64,000 nucleotides of DNA, taken from assembly GCF_004010195.1 (NCBI RefSeq), contig NC_057720.1, positions 23,802,135 to 23,866,134 of the forward strand, given 5' to 3'. Positions 62,336 through 64,000 of this stretch are shown in pieces (the stretch's first letter is position 1; the number at the start of each line of letters is the position of its first letter). This stretch comes from Chiloscyllium plagiosum. Taxonomy: Eukaryota. Below the pieces are notes generated by a model. It worked only from the letters and a program-made list of their open reading frames with translations, did not search any database and had not been told where the DNA came from. A program made the translations under genes and the position numbers.

Positions 62336-62929
62336 CTGAATGGACAACATATGTAGTCATAATGCATGTTATTACTTTAATTCTATTTGCTTTGTTTAAT
62401 TTGTTCTGTGTATAATAAAACTGGTTTTCTTTTCAACAAAGTGATATATTTTGGCATAGTTCCATTGATGAAAATGAAGTAGTCTGATTTCTCTTTAAAC
62501 GTTAACTGTCTGTGATCAAATTAAAACATTGTGAAATGCTAATATTTCTAAGTTAATGTTATCTTTCAGTGACAGATTTACAAACAATGGTTATGAGAGG
62601 CACAGAAACTTATAAGATGAAGAGCATCAGACATTCACAATTTTAATTTCTTTGTAGGCTTGTACAGGTGTCCAATGTGCACATTGTGGGTAGGAGTAAT
62701 TAGTGCCCAATTACTCCAAAACCACCCACTATGAAACATCTACATAAAACATAAAATAATTACACCCTCCTCCATATCTCCAGTGTACTCCTGGCTTCGA
62801 GCATACCATTTTAAATTTCCTCATCAGAATGTGGGATATCAAATATTTCATTGTCAGGTTTTTCAAGAAGTTGCAAAAGATTTTTAAATGCCCTTTACTT
62901 ATGTTTTAAGAGATTGTCCATGTGGACCA

Positions 62930-63292
62930 TCATAAGATTCTGAGGGAGTTTAGTAGGATAGACACTGAGAGGATATTTCCCTTTGTGGTGAAACTAGAAC
63001 TAAGAGGCACAGTTTCAAAATAAGGTGCTTCCCATTTAAGACAGATGAGAAGGACTTTTTTCTCTCAGTGCATTGTTAGTATTAGGAATTATCTCCACTC
63101 AATAACCACTGAGCATGGGTTGTTGAATATATTCAAAGCTGATTTAGAGTTTGATTAATGAGAGTCAAATGTTTTGCAGACAGTTGGAGGGTTGAGTTAC
63201 AGCTACATCAGATTGGCCATAAACCTATTAATTGGCAGAGCAACTTCGAAGGGCCTGGAAGTTTGATTCCTGCACCTATTTCTTATATTCTT
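62930..63292 (+). mobile_element. CR1 3' end
   Basis: cataagattctgaggg...agaggcacagtttcaaaataagg...ctcagtgcattg. Confidence 0.8.
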
Positions 63293-63457
63293 ATCAAACA
63301 CATGTAAGCATTTCCTTGGAGACCAATATCTGGGGCTATACAGCTTAAGATGAAAGTTGGGAAGTTGAGGTGGTAGCCTAGAACACAACTCGAAGTTGTG
63401 AAACTGTGTCATTGTTGAATGAAGGGAGGGCTATTTCAAAGTGAGACTCTGCATTAA

Positions 63458-63754
63458 GGGCGGCACAGTGGCTCAGTGGTTAGCACTGCTGCCTCACAGC
63501 ACCAGGGTCCCAGGTTCGTTTCCAGCCTCGGGCAACTGTCTGTGTGGAGTTTGCACATTTTCCCAGTGTCTGCATGGGTTTCCTCTGGGTCTCCCACAGT
63601 CCAAAGGTGAATTGGCCATGCTAAATTGCCCATAGTGTTAGGTGCATTAGTCAGAGGGAAATGGGTCTGAGTGGGTTACTCTTCGGAGGGTCAGTGTGGA
63701 CTGATTGGACTAAAGGGCCTGTTTCCACACTGTAGCGAATCTAATCTAATCTAA
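63458..63754 (+). mobile_element. HE1-type V-SINE
   Basis: Head, V-domain and (aatct)n tail. Confidence 0.95.
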
Positions 63755-63834
63755 TTTTCGATTTCCCCAATCCATTGATTTCACTTTCAGCAACATCCCT
63801 AAACTGTAAAGAGTAATAAACATACAAATATATG

Positions 63835-64000
63835 AACTGGGAATAGGAGTAGGCCACTCTGCCCCTCAAGCTTGCTCCACCATGACTAACTGGATTACTC
63901 TACATTACAACCTATCTTGATGGCCTTGTTATCAAGAAGCCATCCACCCTCCCCTTAATATATTAATGGACTCTGCTTCCATTGCCCTTTGAGGAAGAGC
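63835..64000 (-). mobile_element. CR1 3' tail running off the window end
   Basis: ataggagtaggccactctgcccctcaagcttgctcc. Confidence 0.7.

Overview
Repeat-rich, AT-rich vertebrate non-coding DNA, almost certainly from a shark. It carries HE1/V-SINEs with (TAATC)n tails, HER1/CR1 LINEs and SacSINE1-like DeuSINEs; an orectolobiform such as a bamboo or epaulette shark is my inference only. I find no convincing protein-coding exon. Nearly all listed ORFs are retroelement fragments (CR1 RT/ORF1, RTE RT, Penelope GIY-YIG) or SINE read-throughs. The strongest signal is about 20 Penelope-like (PLE) terminal elements of three sequence families, built from a minimal type-I hammerhead ribozyme motif plus a ~100-nt tail. 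Many begin almost exactly at the ribozyme, several form fold-back palindromes that turn at the ribozyme, and eight have readable 9-17 bp target-site duplications. Other points of interest: a ~550-bp inverted duplication of unique DNA with a templated patchwork insertion; an inverted CR1 pair sharing private variants; a 35-bp minisatellite inside a composite element; a near full-length nested CR1; an LF-SINE-like relic with a hairpin; and several repeat-free blocks with enhancer-like motifs. Boundaries of degenerate repeats are approximate, and family names come from recalled consensus features, not database searches.
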